From an uncultured Spirochaetota bacterium (GTDB lineage Bacteria > Spirochaetota > Brevinematia > Brevinematales > JAOACQ01): a stretch of 64,000 nucleotides of DNA. Where the stretch lies: assembly GCA_963768055.1 (NCBI GenBank), contig CAVYGN010000001.1:1-64000 (forward strand). Direction: 5' to 3'. Of the stretch, positions 10,189 through 19,525 are shown in pieces. The notes below the pieces were generated by a model, which saw only the letters and a list, made by a program, of their open reading frames with translations, ran no database searches and was not told where the DNA came from. Position 1 is the stretch's first letter; each line of letters opens with the position of its first letter. Position numbers and translations under genes: made by a program.

Positions 10189-11397
10189 TCAAATTTTCTT
10201 CAATGCATCGGACGGGGTCAGCTTCCTTGCCCTGTAAGCTGGAATCATAGAAGCAAGGGAGGAAATTATTACGGAAAGGATAATAGTAAAAACCAGCACG
10301 AATATATTTGCGGAAGGAAATATCATATTATCCAGTGGAATATCGACTTTATCCATCAGGGCCGAGATATCCAGGCCTGTTATGCTGAATATCAGGACCA
10401 GTACATATCCCGTGCTTCCCCCGGCTATACCCCCGATTGTGCCGATGATTCCCCCTTCGAAAACAAAGTTGATAAACAGCTCCCTATCAGTCATCCCAAG
10501 CGCTTTTAAAGTACCTATTTCAACCATCCTTTCGAAGACTGCCATCATCATAGTGTTGATTATAACGAAAGAAGCAAGGAACATTATCAATGCTTCGAAG
10601 AAGATCATTATGTTTTCAGTCAGCTTAAGGGCATCATAAAAACTACCAAGCTGCTGCGGGTAAGAAAGCGCCAGGTAACCGGCGGGAATGATTTTCCGGA
10701 TCCGGTCCGCCGCTTTATCCGAATATTCATTCTTTTTTGTGAAGACATAAATTTCTGAAACTTCGTCGCCGGTCTTTAGGAGCTTTCTTGCGTCGCTTAT
10801 ATCGACAAAGAAAAAGTCCCTGTCCATTTCCGTTACTCCGAAATGAAAAATTCCTGCAATGGGAAGCTTTATTCCGTTAAGTCCGCCTTCGCTTGTTTTA
10901 GTTGCTATAAGAAGCTTCTCTCCCATTTTTACATTCAGGTTACCGGCAAGTATATCCCCGATATAAATCCCATGGGCGACAATATCCCCCTTGATGATAA
11001 AATGCTTCAGGTCCAGCCTGCTATTTTTAAGTTCAATTCCCTCTCCGACAGCTGCGATAGTCTGGTCCCCTTTCGCCAGAAGGATTCCAAATCGTATTCT
11101 TTGCTCTATTGAAGTGACTTCCGGGATTTTTGATATTTTTTTCTCGAGGAACTCCGGCTCTTTAATTAGCTCATCTACCGGAAGGAATCGTTCCCTCTTA
11201 TAGAATCCGCCGGTGACTATCCTGACATCCCCGGTCTGGTATTTTACATAACTGTTCCAGACATTATCCATGACCCCATGCACCCAGCCGTCTGAAGAAG
11301 CGGCTATTATGGCAGCTATAAAAATCGATAGGCCCGTGAGAAAAGATCTTTTTTTATTGCGAAAAACATTCCTGAATGCAAAGACTAATAAATTCAT
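10189..11397 (-). CDS. ABC transporter permease, LolE/MacB-FtsX type
   Basis: FRNKKRSFLT, INTMMMAVFERMVEIGTLKALG, IPAYRARKLTPSDAL. Confidence 0.92.
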   Translation of the reverse strand: MNLLVFAFRNVFRNKKRSFLTGLSIFIAAIIAASSDGWVHGVMDNVWNSYVKYQTGDVRIVTGGFYKRERFLPVDELIKEPEFLEKKISKIPEVTSIEQRIRFGILLAKGDQTIAAVGEGIELKNSRLDLKHFIIKGDIVAHGIYIGDILAGNLNVKMGEKLLIATKTSEGGLNGIKLPIAGIFHFGVTEMDRDFFFVDISDARKLLKTGDEVSEIYVFTKKNEYSDKAADRIRKIIPAGYLALSYPQQLGSFYDALKLTENIMIFFEALIMFLASFVIINTMMMAVFERMVEIGTLKALGMTDRELFINFVFEGGIIGTIGGIAGGSTGYVLVLIFSITGLDISALMDKVDIPLDNMIFPSANIFVLVFTIILSVIISSLASMIPAYRARKLTPSDALKKI

Positions 11398-11406
11398 AGC
11401 ACCTCC

Positions 11407-12627
11407 TCAAATGTTCCTGAGGCTTTCGGCAGGCTGCAGTTTAACGGTTTTCCTTGCGGGATACAAACTTGCAATACTGCTGATTAATATCCCGGCGATG
11501 AATCCGGACATCATTACAGGGAGATCCCATTTGGCTTTAACAATTCCCATAAGGTCGTAACCGAGGTTTCCTTTAGTGCTTGCAGTCGCTATGGTCAAAT
11601 TGAAACCGAAATGGACATAATACAGATTAACGGCGCATCCCATTATCAGTCCGATCAAGCAGCCCCAGAATCCGATCCAGAAGCCTTCAAGGACGAAGAG
11701 AAATTCTATCGCCGGGTCGGTCATCCCCAGCGCTTTAAGCATGCCGATCTCCTTCTTTTTTTCATAAACGGACAGGAGCATGGTATTGATAATGCCTACA
11801 ACTGCTATAATGGCCATAAAGAAGATGAAGAAATATGCGCTGGTTGCGTCGGCCTGAGCGAATTTCAGATAGTATTCTCCGAGTTTATACCAGGTATATA
11901 CTTTTTCTTCAGGGAAGGTTTTTTGCAGCTCTTTACCGTACTGATCAGTTTTATGAATATCTGGTGTAATAACAGCAATTTCCATTACGCTATCTATGTT
12001 AAGAGCTTTTTTCGCATCATCGATATCGATATAAACCGTTGAATTATTGACCTGCGGATCCGCTGCCTGCACTATTCCGGTTACCTGGAACCCTATTGAA
12101 TCTATAACGCCTTGTCCGTTATGAAATGTGATATAAGCCTGGTCTCCAATCCCGATCTTCATATCGTCGGCGAGAGACTTCCCGAGCACGATCCCTCCGG
12201 TTTTTAAGCTGCCTGCAATGAAGAAATTGGTTAATGAAAATACGGAAGGGTCTTTCTGCAAGTTTACCCCGACGGCTACCACCGGGACGGCATCGACGCC
12301 ATTATCCAGATCAGCGGTAAAAGAAATCCTTTCCGTGTAAGACTTTATATATTTTTTAGTCCCCAGGATATTTTCAATCTCCCTGTAATTTGTAATAAAA
12401 TTACTTGTCGAGTAAGGTTTCGTCTCATCAAAGCTTCCGCTCCGGATCTTGAGGTGTGATGTTTCAAAGCCTATAAGGTTTTCCTTCTGCTTGTCCTGCA
12501 CCCCTCGTATAAGTCCGGAAAATGAAATGAACATTGCCATTCCCAAGGCTATTACCGAAACTGTCAATACTGTCCTCCGTTTCTGGCGAAGAATATTGAT
12601 TAGAGAGAGTTTGAAAAGATATTTCAT
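11407..12627 (-). CDS. ABC transporter permease, LolE/MacB-FtsX type
   Basis: LRQKRRTVLT, INTMLLSVYEKKKEIGMLKALG, YPARKTVKLQPAESL. Confidence 0.92.
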   Translation of the reverse strand: MKYLFKLSLINILRQKRRTVLTVSVIALGMAMFISFSGLIRGVQDKQKENLIGFETSHLKIRSGSFDETKPYSTSNFITNYREIENILGTKKYIKSYTERISFTADLDNGVDAVPVVAVGVNLQKDPSVFSLTNFFIAGSLKTGGIVLGKSLADDMKIGIGDQAYITFHNGQGVIDSIGFQVTGIVQAADPQVNNSTVYIDIDDAKKALNIDSVMEIAVITPDIHKTDQYGKELQKTFPEEKVYTWYKLGEYYLKFAQADATSAYFFIFFMAIIAVVGIINTMLLSVYEKKKEIGMLKALGMTDPAIEFLFVLEGFWIGFWGCLIGLIMGCAVNLYYVHFGFNLTIATASTKGNLGYDLMGIVKAKWDLPVMMSGFIAGILISSIASLYPARKTVKLQPAESLRNI

Positions 12628-12655
12628 TAACCCCCCCTTTTGGGTAATATGAATA

Positions 12656-12678
12656 TATTAATACAATCTGTATTAATA
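12656..12678. promoter_or_regulatory. Palindromic operator upstream of the permease operon
   Basis: TATTAATACA-atc-TGTATTAATA, a perfect 10-bp inverted repeat. Confidence 0.6.
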
Positions 12679-13045
12679 ATAAGCAAATCAGTATTTAATG
12701 TCAATATCTCTCACATTTGCAAGAATGATCAGTGATAATCACTTATGCTTTTTCATTAAATCAGTGAAAATTCCTGACTATGTTTTAATAGATTCAGTGA
12801 GATTTCCTGATTTTAAAGTCCGGGATTACTGGTAGAATATTATTGCTTTATTAAATAAATCTAAATAAAAAGCAGGCTCATATGTTGATAAAAATACTGA
12901 TCTTTATTTTCTCTTTCGGCTGCTTGTCTTTTGCATTTTTTTTCAGGGATTTGATTCTAACCGGATTGATATTTTTTGCTATCGGGATAGCAGGTATACT
13001 TTATTTGATAAAAAAACAATTTGAGTAAAATTTTAGGAGGAATAT

Positions 13046-13612
13046 ATGAAGTTTAGTATTGGAGTATTGCCAATCATCTTAATTGCTGCTTTGGTATCAT
13101 GTTCAGGAAATGTCAAACAAACAAGTCCGGTGACATCCCCAGTGGTAACAAATTCATCCCCTGTTGTAACCAATATAGATTCAGGAGATAATTTCGATAC
13201 AGCTTATACTGAATTTACAAATATAAGGATGGATATTCCTTTCAGTCTCAGATCATCAGACTTGAAACTTGATGATTCCGGTTACTATATTAAAAATCAG
13301 AGTATTGAAAGTTTTATGAAAAAATCCTTGATCCCGGCTCTGGATAAGGTTATAAAAATGATGCCTTCCGGCAAGATTGTAATTGTAAATGGTTATGCTT
13401 CGAAAACCAGCACGGAAGAGCCAAGCAAGGACTTTATTGGGAACATTGCCCTATCAAAAAACCGGGCACAGACAGTGCTTGATTATATGCTTAAAAATAC
13501 AGATTGGGATGCTTCGAAATTCAAGATCAAATTCTATGGATAATCAATCCCACTGCCAGGAATAGATCCAGCTGATCGTAAAAATTGCAGGGTAAGTATA
13601 GATATTGAATGA
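13046..13612 (+). pseudogene. OmpA-like domain lipoprotein with an in-frame TAA at 13541
   Basis: Lipobox LVSC; VNGYAS...NIALSKNRAQTV..YM; after the stop the frame continues SIPLPGIDPADRKNCRVSIDIE. Confidence 0.75.
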
Positions 13613-13646
13613 AACTGGAAACTTTCTCATACACTCCCCCTATAAA

Positions 13647-13675
13647 AGGCCCCGCTTTGAATAAAAGCGGGACCT
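13647..13675 (+). terminator. Hairpin, possible terminator
   Basis: CCCGCTTT-gaat-AAAGCGGG stem after the OmpA-like gene. Confidence 0.5.
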
Positions 13676-13703
13676 GTATTTATTGTAAAAAAAGGAGGCA
13701 TTT

Positions 13704-14669
13704 ATGAAGCGGATAATTATTATTGCATTGTTTGCTTATTTACTTGTAATATTTGGAAGCTGTTCGACTATAAAGCCGGAAGAGTTCAACAAGCTTAAGT
13801 CAGATAACGCTGATTTAACGGCTGAAAACCAGACCCTGAAAACTGACAAGGCGAATCTGGCCGCTGAAAACCAATCTTTGCTGAACGATCAGAATCAGAA
13901 GAAGAAAGATATCGCCGCCCTGCAGGATACCAGGGACAGGCTGCAAAATTTGCTGTCTAAATACTCGAACGATAATGTCAATTTGAAGAACCTTGGCGAC
14001 TCGACAAAAAATTCACTTGGCAAGCAGGTGGAGGATCTGGAAGCTTCGATAAAGGATAGGGATTTGAAGATCGCCAATCTCCAGGATGAAATAACCAACA
14101 GGGACAGCCAGATAGGTGATCTGCAGAAAACAATCAATTCACTTTCAGAAAGTCAAGCAAAGCTTTTGCAGGAAAAAAACCTTGAGATATCGAATATTAC
14201 AGCTACACATAATAAACTGGAATCGGCAATGCAGGCCGAATTAGCTTCGGGCGAACTGAAGATCAAGCAGATCGGAGATGTACTGAGTGTGGATTTTCAG
14301 GATAAGATTTTCTTCGATTCGGGAAGTGCCGATATCAGGAACAGCGGAAAGGTGACGCTTGATAAGATTGCCAAGGTTTTAAAAAATTATACAAATAAAC
14401 AGGTCAGGATCGAGGGTTATACGGATAATGACCCTATAGCCCCGGGATATCTATGGAAATTCCCTTCAAATTGGGAACTTTCCACAGCCAGGGCGACTAC
14501 TATAGTACGTTACCTTCAGTTGCGGGGTGTCGATCCTTCTCAGTTGAAAGCAACTGGATATGGGGAGTATAATCCGATAGTTCCCAATGATTCGGCTGAA
14601 AATAAGGCTCAGAACAGGAGAATTGTAATTCTTCTTGTCCCTCTTGACGAGAGGGCGAGATACAGATAA
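13704..14669 (+). CDS. OmpA/MotB-family lipoprotein with a long coiled coil
   Basis: Lipobox FGSC; IFFDSGSA, RIEGYTDNDPI, SNWELSTARA, GYGEYNPI, NRRIVI. Confidence 0.92.
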   Translation: MKRIIIIALFAYLLVIFGSCSTIKPEEFNKLKSDNADLTAENQTLKTDKANLAAENQSLLNDQNQKKKDIAALQDTRDRLQNLLSKYSNDNVNLKNLGDSTKNSLGKQVEDLEASIKDRDLKIANLQDEITNRDSQIGDLQKTINSLSESQAKLLQEKNLEISNITATHNKLESAMQAELASGELKIKQIGDVLSVDFQDKIFFDSGSADIRNSGKVTLDKIAKVLKNYTNKQVRIEGYTDNDPIAPGYLWKFPSNWELSTARATTIVRYLQLRGVDPSQLKATGYGEYNPIVPNDSAENKAQNRRIVILLVPLDERARYR

Positions 14670-14769
14670 AATTAATAACAAAACGGCTGAATTTCCTTGT
14701 CCTGCTATTTGCCGTGCCGGCAAAAGCTAATACAGGGCAGGGGAAAGCTGTTAAATCAAGCATTAAAAA

Positions 14770-15051
14770 ATGGAGTTTCAGATGATTCATCTGCCCGGAA
14801 TTTTAGCAAGCCTTCTTATAGGAGTAATTCCGGCTGTCGCAGGGAAAAATAATAACAACTTAAAGCTCGGAGCGATCGGATTTATTTCCTGCCTGGTTTC
14901 AGGATCGATTTTTAGTTTACTGATACCAGTCTTATTAAATTTAATGGTGGATGATACCTATATTAGATTGATAAATTCTCTGATGTTTGGTCTGGCAGGA
15001 TCCGTTCCTTTTGCCGAATATTTCATATGGAAAATAAAGAGGGAAAAATAG
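14770..15051 (+). CDS. Small hypothetical membrane protein
   Basis: 93-aa ORF with three hydrophobic stretches. Confidence 0.5.
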   Translation: MEFQMIHLPGILASLLIGVIPAVAGKNNNNLKLGAIGFISCLVSGSIFSLLIPVLLNLMVDDTYIRLINSLMFGLAGSVPFAEYFIWKIKREK

Positions 15052-15280
15052 TAGGGTGACGAAATTCTTTGTCTTCATGAAAAGTAAGGTAAAAGTTAAA
15101 ATATTTATTGCATAATCCTATATATTGTATTAAGATATTTATGCGATTACGATTTGATTACGAATTGATTATGGTTTTTTAGTCAAATCGTAAATTTCAT
15201 AATTTATAACTGTTTGTGGAATAAAGAATTAGTGGAAGGGCGAGATTTTTCTGAATCCCCTCCTCCTCCGAATTCCCCGG

Positions 15281-15409
15281 AACCAATCCGGCCAATCTAA
15301 CCAAAAAAAACGCTGTTTTGACGAAGTTTGCCAGTCAGGTGCCGAAGGTGCCCGAAGGGCACTATATAGGTCTTGAGCCGCAGGCTCAATGGCCAGTAGA
15401 TTATAATGA
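15281..15409. repeat. GCCAGT-family site, copy B, with a REP-like hairpin insert
   Basis: Shares about 55 bp with 18243-18300 and shares the hairpin insert with 20953-21048. Confidence 0.85.
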
Positions 15410-15473
15410 TGTATATTAAATTAGTTCAGGAACAAATCAATATTGATTTTTTATGCTTATTCCCGATGTTTTT

Positions 15474-15615
15474 CTATGCAGTCCAATTCAGCTTTTTTTT
15501 CTTGTTGGCACAATCGGTAAGGTACATATCGATCAGAGTCTGATAAAGGATTCCATTTTCTTTTGACAATGATTTAAAATACTCGATGGTTTTTGTTTCA
15601 AGCCTGATAGAATGC
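15474..15615 (-). pseudogene. BrnA-like antitoxin C-terminal fragment
   Basis: SIRLETKTIEYFKSLSKENGILYQTLIDMYLTDCA. No cognate toxin is adjacent. Confidence 0.7.
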
Positions 15616-15763
15616 GCTGACCGCTTTTGTAACAACAGCAAGGCTCGCGGAGAAAATCGGCATTGAGCTGTGGCAATATGAGAACTCGAATGGTCGGGGA
15701 ATAAGAAAGGCATTGGATTTCGAAAGACTATCTCTTCGATTTAACATATCCGCTGCGCTTAAA

Positions 15764-17959
15764 TTAGCCCACCAGCATCCCAAAACCCAGGATCAATTTT
15801 TCGAAGTTTTCCATTATTTTCCATTCTATAATTGGAATTCCTTTTAAAAGAGACGCAGGAATAATAACTGCTTCAACAGGTTTAACGGCGAATGCCTTAA
15901 AGATATGGGAATAACCGAGAATGACCTCTTCCTCCCCAAAGAAATCACCTGCCTTCAGAATATCAATGCGTTTCCCCTCTGCCCTGATTTCAGCTTCCCC
16001 TGACTTGATCAGGATCAGACCTGGTTCGCTTCCTGATGTAAGTTCCTCCGATGATTTGAAAGATTTTACGGAAACTTTTTTTGCCATCCAGTACTGGGTC
16101 GGGGTCGGGACCATTTCCCCGAAAAGAGGGGTACTCTGCAGGAAGGATATCATTTCAAAAGTTTGTTTAAGGTCTTCCTGATTGAGGTTGCGCTGAATGA
16201 AGTGGTTATAGATCTCTACCGGAATCTGCAGAACTTTAACATGGCTCAGCGTACGGTAAGTCCTGCGGGATGCCTCGTGGTAAAGTGCGGCCATTTCACC
16301 AAGAAAAGAACCGGTGGAAAGCCGGATAGAGAGCTTCTTCTCGGAATCAATATACTCGGCAACTCCGCTTAAGATCAGGAAAATATACCGCGGTTCATCT
16401 CCTTTCTTTAGAATGATTTCCCCAACACCGAATGAAACTACAGAGCAGTTTAAGAGCATGTTGAGATCGGAAACAGGTGCGACTGGAAAATATTCCTGCA
16501 TATAGATATATGCTGCCTGCATAGCATAATCCTTATTTGATCGGATAAGCACATCGGTTTGTCCGAATGAGGCGTTCGAGCCGATTTCCTTCTCCTCCGG
16601 GGTCAATTCCCGGGATGTATGGCTGAGAAATATCTTGCGGGAACGGTCATTTGCAAAGTCTTCCGCATCACCATGGATCATCCCGCCGCCGATATCAATC
16701 TTTTTAATGTCTGCCGGGGTTGTAAAACACATTTTAAACTGTTCGTACATAGTTTTTGCAGTAGCACTTTCTTTCGTCCGCTCTAATAGCAATGAATCCA
16801 GCATCTTAAGAGATGGAATATCGGTAAGGTGTGCGTATGTACGGTAACCGGATTCCCAGAAAGTCCTGAAAAAAAGGATTGAAGTTTCCACCGGGTGGGG
16901 AGAAAATACAGGCATCACCTCCAGTCCATTGATATTATTCCATTCATTGAAATTAAGGTCATGAATGATAAATGAATTATTAAAGCGCTGTTCGGAAATA
17001 GACATAAGCGAAGAAAGCTTTTTCGTAACTGAGGCTCTGACAAGCGGAGTTGCGTAGTAATGGATCCGGTGGTCGGACCTTACGAGCGATGTTAGCCCGG
17101 CAAAATGGTCGTCATGAGCGTGGGTATGGAATATTCCCCCTATTTCATTAATGCTGATGCCGAGGGCTGTCAGGCTGTGGAGGATATTCGGGCCGGTATC
17201 GATCAAATAGATATTACCTTGATATGTAATTAAGCTCGACATACATGGCTTGGAAGTCTCCCAGCCATCGCCTTCACCGATATGAATAATGGAAAAATAT
17301 TCCTTGCGTATTTCATGAAAGTCAGGGTTAACGGCGGGCTTATACTCTTCGCTTTTGGTCAGATTCAGATTAACCGTGAGGTTCTCGTTTTGATATATGA
17401 AATCGAATATATTCAGCCCTCTTCTTCGGATCAGAACTCCGCTCCGGACTTCTACGGCGGATGTTTCCACGGGCCTGTAATCAAGCAGTTCTTCTGTTTT
17501 TGTTATTTTTCCGAAAGAAAACTTCATTTTAAGATGGAATATTTCTTCCGCCATTTTCGGATCGACCCCCGCCGCGATTATTTCTTCCGTGTTAAGTCCG
17601 TAATTTCCGCGCATGATATACTCGCTCTGCGCGGCGATCTGTGCGGGATGCCCGATCATGATCGGCTTTTTCCCGTTATTGCCGGGATGATTAGGGATGA
17701 TCATTCCCTGGCGGTAAAACATCTGGAGTATGGGAAATTCTGCAAGATTTGAAAACTGGCCGTTTTGGATCGATACATCTGAAAGCAATATGGCATTCGG
17801 ACCGGTTTCATAAGCGACCCCCTTTTTTATTTTCGGGACAATGAAGCCACGGATCATAAGATGTTTTACAATATCCGCAGGACATCCGCAGAGGATATAG
17901 AGTTCTTCCTCGGGAATTTCCACCCAGTAAACGCCGTTGGTTACTTTTATTTTCTCCGT
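15764..17959 (-). CDS. Metallo-beta-lactamase-fold protein with two cyclic-nucleotide-binding domains
   Basis: FHTHAHDDHFAG metal motif; two cNMP domains (GSFLGEMA..SRRTY; GDFFGEE). The frame is open 12 codons upstream of the listed GTG, to an ACG behind an SD. Confidence 0.88.
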   Translation of the reverse strand, partial: TEKIKVTNGVYWVEIPEEELYILCGCPADIVKHLMIRGFIVPKIKKGVAYETGPNAILLSDVSIQNGQFSNLAEFPILQMFYRQGMIIPNHPGNNGKKPIMIGHPAQIAAQSEYIMRGNYGLNTEEIIAAGVDPKMAEEIFHLKMKFSFGKITKTEELLDYRPVETSAVEVRSGVLIRRRGLNIFDFIYQNENLTVNLNLTKSEEYKPAVNPDFHEIRKEYFSIIHIGEGDGWETSKPCMSSLITYQGNIYLIDTGPNILHSLTALGISINEIGGIFHTHAHDDHFAGLTSLVRSDHRIHYYATPLVRASVTKKLSSLMSISEQRFNNSFIIHDLNFNEWNNINGLEVMPVFSPHPVETSILFFRTFWESGYRTYAHLTDIPSLKMLDSLLLERTKESATAKTMYEQFKMCFTTPADIKKIDIGGGMIHGDAEDFANDRSRKIFLSHTSRELTPEEKEIGSNASFGQTDVLIRSNKDYAMQAAYIYMQEYFPVAPVSDLNMLLNCSVVSFGVGEIILKKGDEPRYIFLILSGVAEYIDSEKKLSIRLSTGSFLGEMAALYHEASRRTYRTLSHVKVLQIPVEIYNHFIQRNLNQEDLKQTFEMISFLQSTPLFGEMVPTPTQYWMAKKVSVKSFKSSEELTSGSEPGLILIKSGEAEIRAEGKRIDILKAGDFFGEEEVILGYSHIFKAFAVKPVEAVIIPASLLKGIPIIEWKIMENFEKLILGFGMLVG

Positions 17960-18242
17960 AATAAACTCCCCGAATGACTTTTAAGATATTAATTATAATA
18001 CATAATAATAAATTAAAACAGACTGAAAATGAAATAAACAAAATTTATATGGCATAAAAAATTTAAAACCACTATGATTCCTGCAAAATCCTCAATTCTT
18101 CCATAACCTTATGTAAAGTGTTCGTTCGGCTTCCATCCAGCGGTGGTAAAAGTAATACACCAATCAATTATACTCATTTATTTCAAATTTATTTGGTTAG
18201 ACTGGCTCATTTGATTGAAAAACGGCTATTTTATCAAATTCT

Positions 18243-18345
18243 AACCAATCCAGCCAATCCAACCAAAAAAACGCTGTTTTGACGAAGTTTACCAGTCCAG
18301 TGCCAGTAAATTATAATGAATTAGGTGATTTACTGGTAACTGGCA
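18243..18345. repeat. GCCAGT-family site, copy C
   Basis: CCAATC..CCAAAAAAACGCTGTTTTGACGAAGTTTACCAGTCCAGTGCCAGTAAATTATAATGAATTA...TTTACTGGTAACTGGCA. Confidence 0.85.
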
Positions 18346-18421
18346 GGACCCTTTAAGGATTTAAAGCTCGCTGAATTATTGGTGCCGCCTGTCATTACCT
18401 TGAAATTAATAAGGACGGTTT

Positions 18422-19516
18422 TTATTTATTCTCCGCTAAAACTTTGTTGATCAAAAGATCGTTAAATTTCTGAGCTTCCTCGAAGTTTGGCATGTGAGCG
18501 GAATTCTCAAACCAGAATATTTCTTTTTTTGGAGCTTTCAGGGATTTAAAGTATTTTTCCGCCAGTTCGAAGGGGTCGTTATAATCATGACGGCCTTCCA
18601 TAAAATAAACCGGTATTTTAAACTCCTTAGCGGCTACCGTCAGATCGTCCATCGTTAATTCTTGTGGCAATATCTTGATGAGGCTAAAAATAGCTCCTGC
18701 TGTAAACCCGAACAGGTCAAATACATTTTCCTCTGGGCCAAATAATGACTTAAAAAGTAAATTATAATCTTTCTGCCCGTAAATCGCTCCACCGTAATAA
18801 AGCAGCCATTTTCTCTCTATCCCTATATCGGAGAATAACCGGTCTCCCTGAGAAGGATAATTAGTAAGAGAACGAAGTTCTTTTAGAGCCTTAGAATTAT
18901 TTTCTTTTTCAGCCATATCCAGAGTAAACCGGTAGCTTGCTTTTTCATCATCGATAAAATTAACAACCTGGCCGATTCCGATATAGGCTTTAATCCGTTC
19001 CGGATATCTTTCGGCAATATTAGCTCCCAGAAAGCTGCCCCAGGAATGTCCGGCCAGAAAAATCTTGTCCTGATGAAAACGTTTACAGAGTATTTCTATC
19101 AAGTCATGTCCGTCTGAAATAAACTGTTCCAGATTCATAGAACCCTTTGGAATAAATGGATTAAAAGATTTACCTGTCCCACGCTGGTCCCAGTTTACCA
19201 CGATAAAATAATTTTCTAATTCTGAATTAAAATGCCTTACTAAAGGCATTTCATCGGTGCCGGGTCCCCCGTTAAGAAACAGGAGTATAGGGTTCCTGTC
19301 GTTTTTGCCCCGGATTAAAATAGTCTGTTCCATACCGCCAAGCCGGATGTGCTCCAGGGACGCCACACTTCCAAGAATGACATTGCCGTCAGGACCTTTA
19401 AATGGTGGAGTCTGCATAAAATGATAGGATAGGAACATACCGGCGTACATTACCAGGATCAGCAAAGCGATTAATCCAGCGATACCTAAAAGGATTTTCT
19501 TGATCATTACAATCAC
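18422..19516 (-). CDS. Alpha/beta hydrolase (proline iminopeptidase-like), membrane anchored
   Basis: NGGPG, WDQRGTGKS, GHSWG nucleophile elbow, FENSAH. Confidence 0.92.
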   Translation of the reverse strand: MIVMIKKILLGIAGLIALLILVMYAGMFLSYHFMQTPPFKGPDGNVILGSVASLEHIRLGGMEQTILIRGKNDRNPILLFLNGGPGTDEMPLVRHFNSELENYFIVVNWDQRGTGKSFNPFIPKGSMNLEQFISDGHDLIEILCKRFHQDKIFLAGHSWGSFLGANIAERYPERIKAYIGIGQVVNFIDDEKASYRFTLDMAEKENNSKALKELRSLTNYPSQGDRLFSDIGIERKWLLYYGGAIYGQKDYNLLFKSLFGPEENVFDLFGFTAGAIFSLIKILPQELTMDDLTVAAKEFKIPVYFMEGRHDYNDPFELAEKYFKSLKAPKKEIFWFENSAHMPNFEEAQKFNDLLINKVLAENK

Positions 19517-19525
19517 CTCTTAATT

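Noticed and set aside
13541..13543. Stop-codon reassignment
   Set aside because: TAA, TAG and TGA all end intact genes normally elsewhere in the window.
14672..14756. Integron attC site (TAAC...GTTAAAT)
   Set aside because: No complementary L boxes at the required spacing, single copy, and no integron integrase.
15252..15270. tRNA gene (GAATCCCCTCCTCCTCCG); similarly GTTCGACCCC near 28430
   Set aside because: Only T-arm-like fragments with no cloverleaf. At most att scars, which cannot be supported.
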